Below, in pieces: positions 63,340 to 64,000 of a DNA stretch of 64,000 nt. Position 1 is the stretch's first letter. Each line of letters begins with the position of its first letter. The notes under the pieces were generated by a model. That model searched no databases and had not been told where the DNA came from. It saw nothing but the letters and a program-made list of their open reading frames with translations. The stretch is from a phage, in the sequence record PZ445487.1. One strand, written 5' to 3'. The position numbers and the translations under genes were made by a program.

Positions 63340-64000
63340 ATGAGCAATATGTCAGAAAGGTTACTCGCCACACTTGATGCGGTGACTGCCCGAGACGAAG
63401 TTGGGAAGGAGGCAATGGAGGCTGTCGCCCCTCGTCCAGGTATTGACTTCGATGAAAATACAGGTGAATGGTTTGGTGAACGTCCGGAAGGGTATCAGCC
63501 GATTCCTGAACCGCCTTCATTGGAGGATATTGCTTCCAAGGAATCCAAAGTACCTGAGTTTGCGGACACTGATGCTACAACGGATTACAAACGGATACGC
63601 GACACAACATATGCCATGCAAGAAGCCACAATGTTCATGATGGGACAAGCCGCTAAATTGGCTGCATCCACAGAAGCTCCGCGAGCATTTTCTGTTTTCC
63701 GTGAATTGGGTGAACTCATGCGAGGTCTGAATAAAGACTTGATGGAAAACCAGAAAACCATCAAGGCAGTAACAGGTGATAAAGAACCACCTGTTGATGA
63801 CACGACAGTGGATGTTACAACTTCACCAGACGGAACAACAACAGTATCGGTTGGGAAAAAGGCGCGATCTTCTCGCGATTTATTGAAGACGATCGAAGAT
63901 GCACGCCGCCGCGCTGAAGAAAGAGCACAAGCAAAGGCCGCACAACAACCAGAAGATGAAATCATTGATGGTGAAACAGTTGATGTGAAGGAAGAAGACG
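63340..64000 (+). CDS. 16: terminase small subunit (T4 gp16-like), 5' portion (runs off window end)
   Basis: ATG 63340 with GGAGGA at 7 nt; TDYKRIRDTTYAMQEATMFMMGQAAKLAASTEAPRAFSVFRELGELMRGLNKDL parallels the T4 gp16 central region as recalled. Confidence 0.5.
   Translation, partial: MSNMSERLLATLDAVTARDEVGKEAMEAVAPRPGIDFDENTGEWFGERPEGYQPIPEPPSLEDIASKESKVPEFADTDATTDYKRIRDTTYAMQEATMFMMGQAAKLAASTEAPRAFSVFRELGELMRGLNKDLMENQKTIKAVTGDKEPPVDDTTVDVTTSPDGTTTVSVGKKARSSRDLLKTIEDARRRAEERAQAKAAQQPEDEIIDGETVDVKEED

Overview
This window reads as a contiguous segment of a virulent T4-superfamily phage genome, most consistent with an Ackermannviridae (Kuttervirus, CBA120/ViI-like) phage. The call rests on four consecutive tailspike genes of 1036, 627, 921 and 770 aa, which match the TSP4-TSP1 sizes I recall for phage CBA120, and on CTAAATA-type late promoter motifs; no database search was run. 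Layout: (i) 1-35756 is almost entirely minus-strand early/middle genes, including topoisomerase II subunits gp52 and gp39, rIIA, rIIB, DNA polymerase gp43, a DexA-like exonuclease, and many small unknown proteins; (ii) 29374-31964 is a short plus-strand island of six small genes, divergent from the polymerase; (iii) 35885-39660 is an ORF-poor RNA island on the minus strand with three canonical tRNAs (Ser-GCU, Asn-GUU, Met/Ile-CAU, each with encoded CCA), two near-canonical tRNA-like genes, four orphan T-arm/acceptor modules, an HNH homing endonuclease gene, and roughly 1 kb of nested long inverted repeats; (iv) 41199-64000 is the plus-strand late structural module (gp6 baseplate wedge, tail fibre, four tailspikes, a 1612-aa structural protein, gp13/gp14/gp15, start of gp16). 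The most unusual element is the RNA island, whose non-canonical tRNA-like modules and long-range helices are not explained by ordinary tRNA annotation. Other points worth follow-up are a QueC-like PP-loop ATPase, a macro-domain protein, a PARP-like ADP-ribosyltransferase-fold protein, and a set of nucleotide-metabolism genes that may relate to thymidine hypermodification. Gene starts were refined by eye from ATG position, Shine-Dalgarno spacing and gene overlaps; all homology statements are from remembered motifs, not searches.
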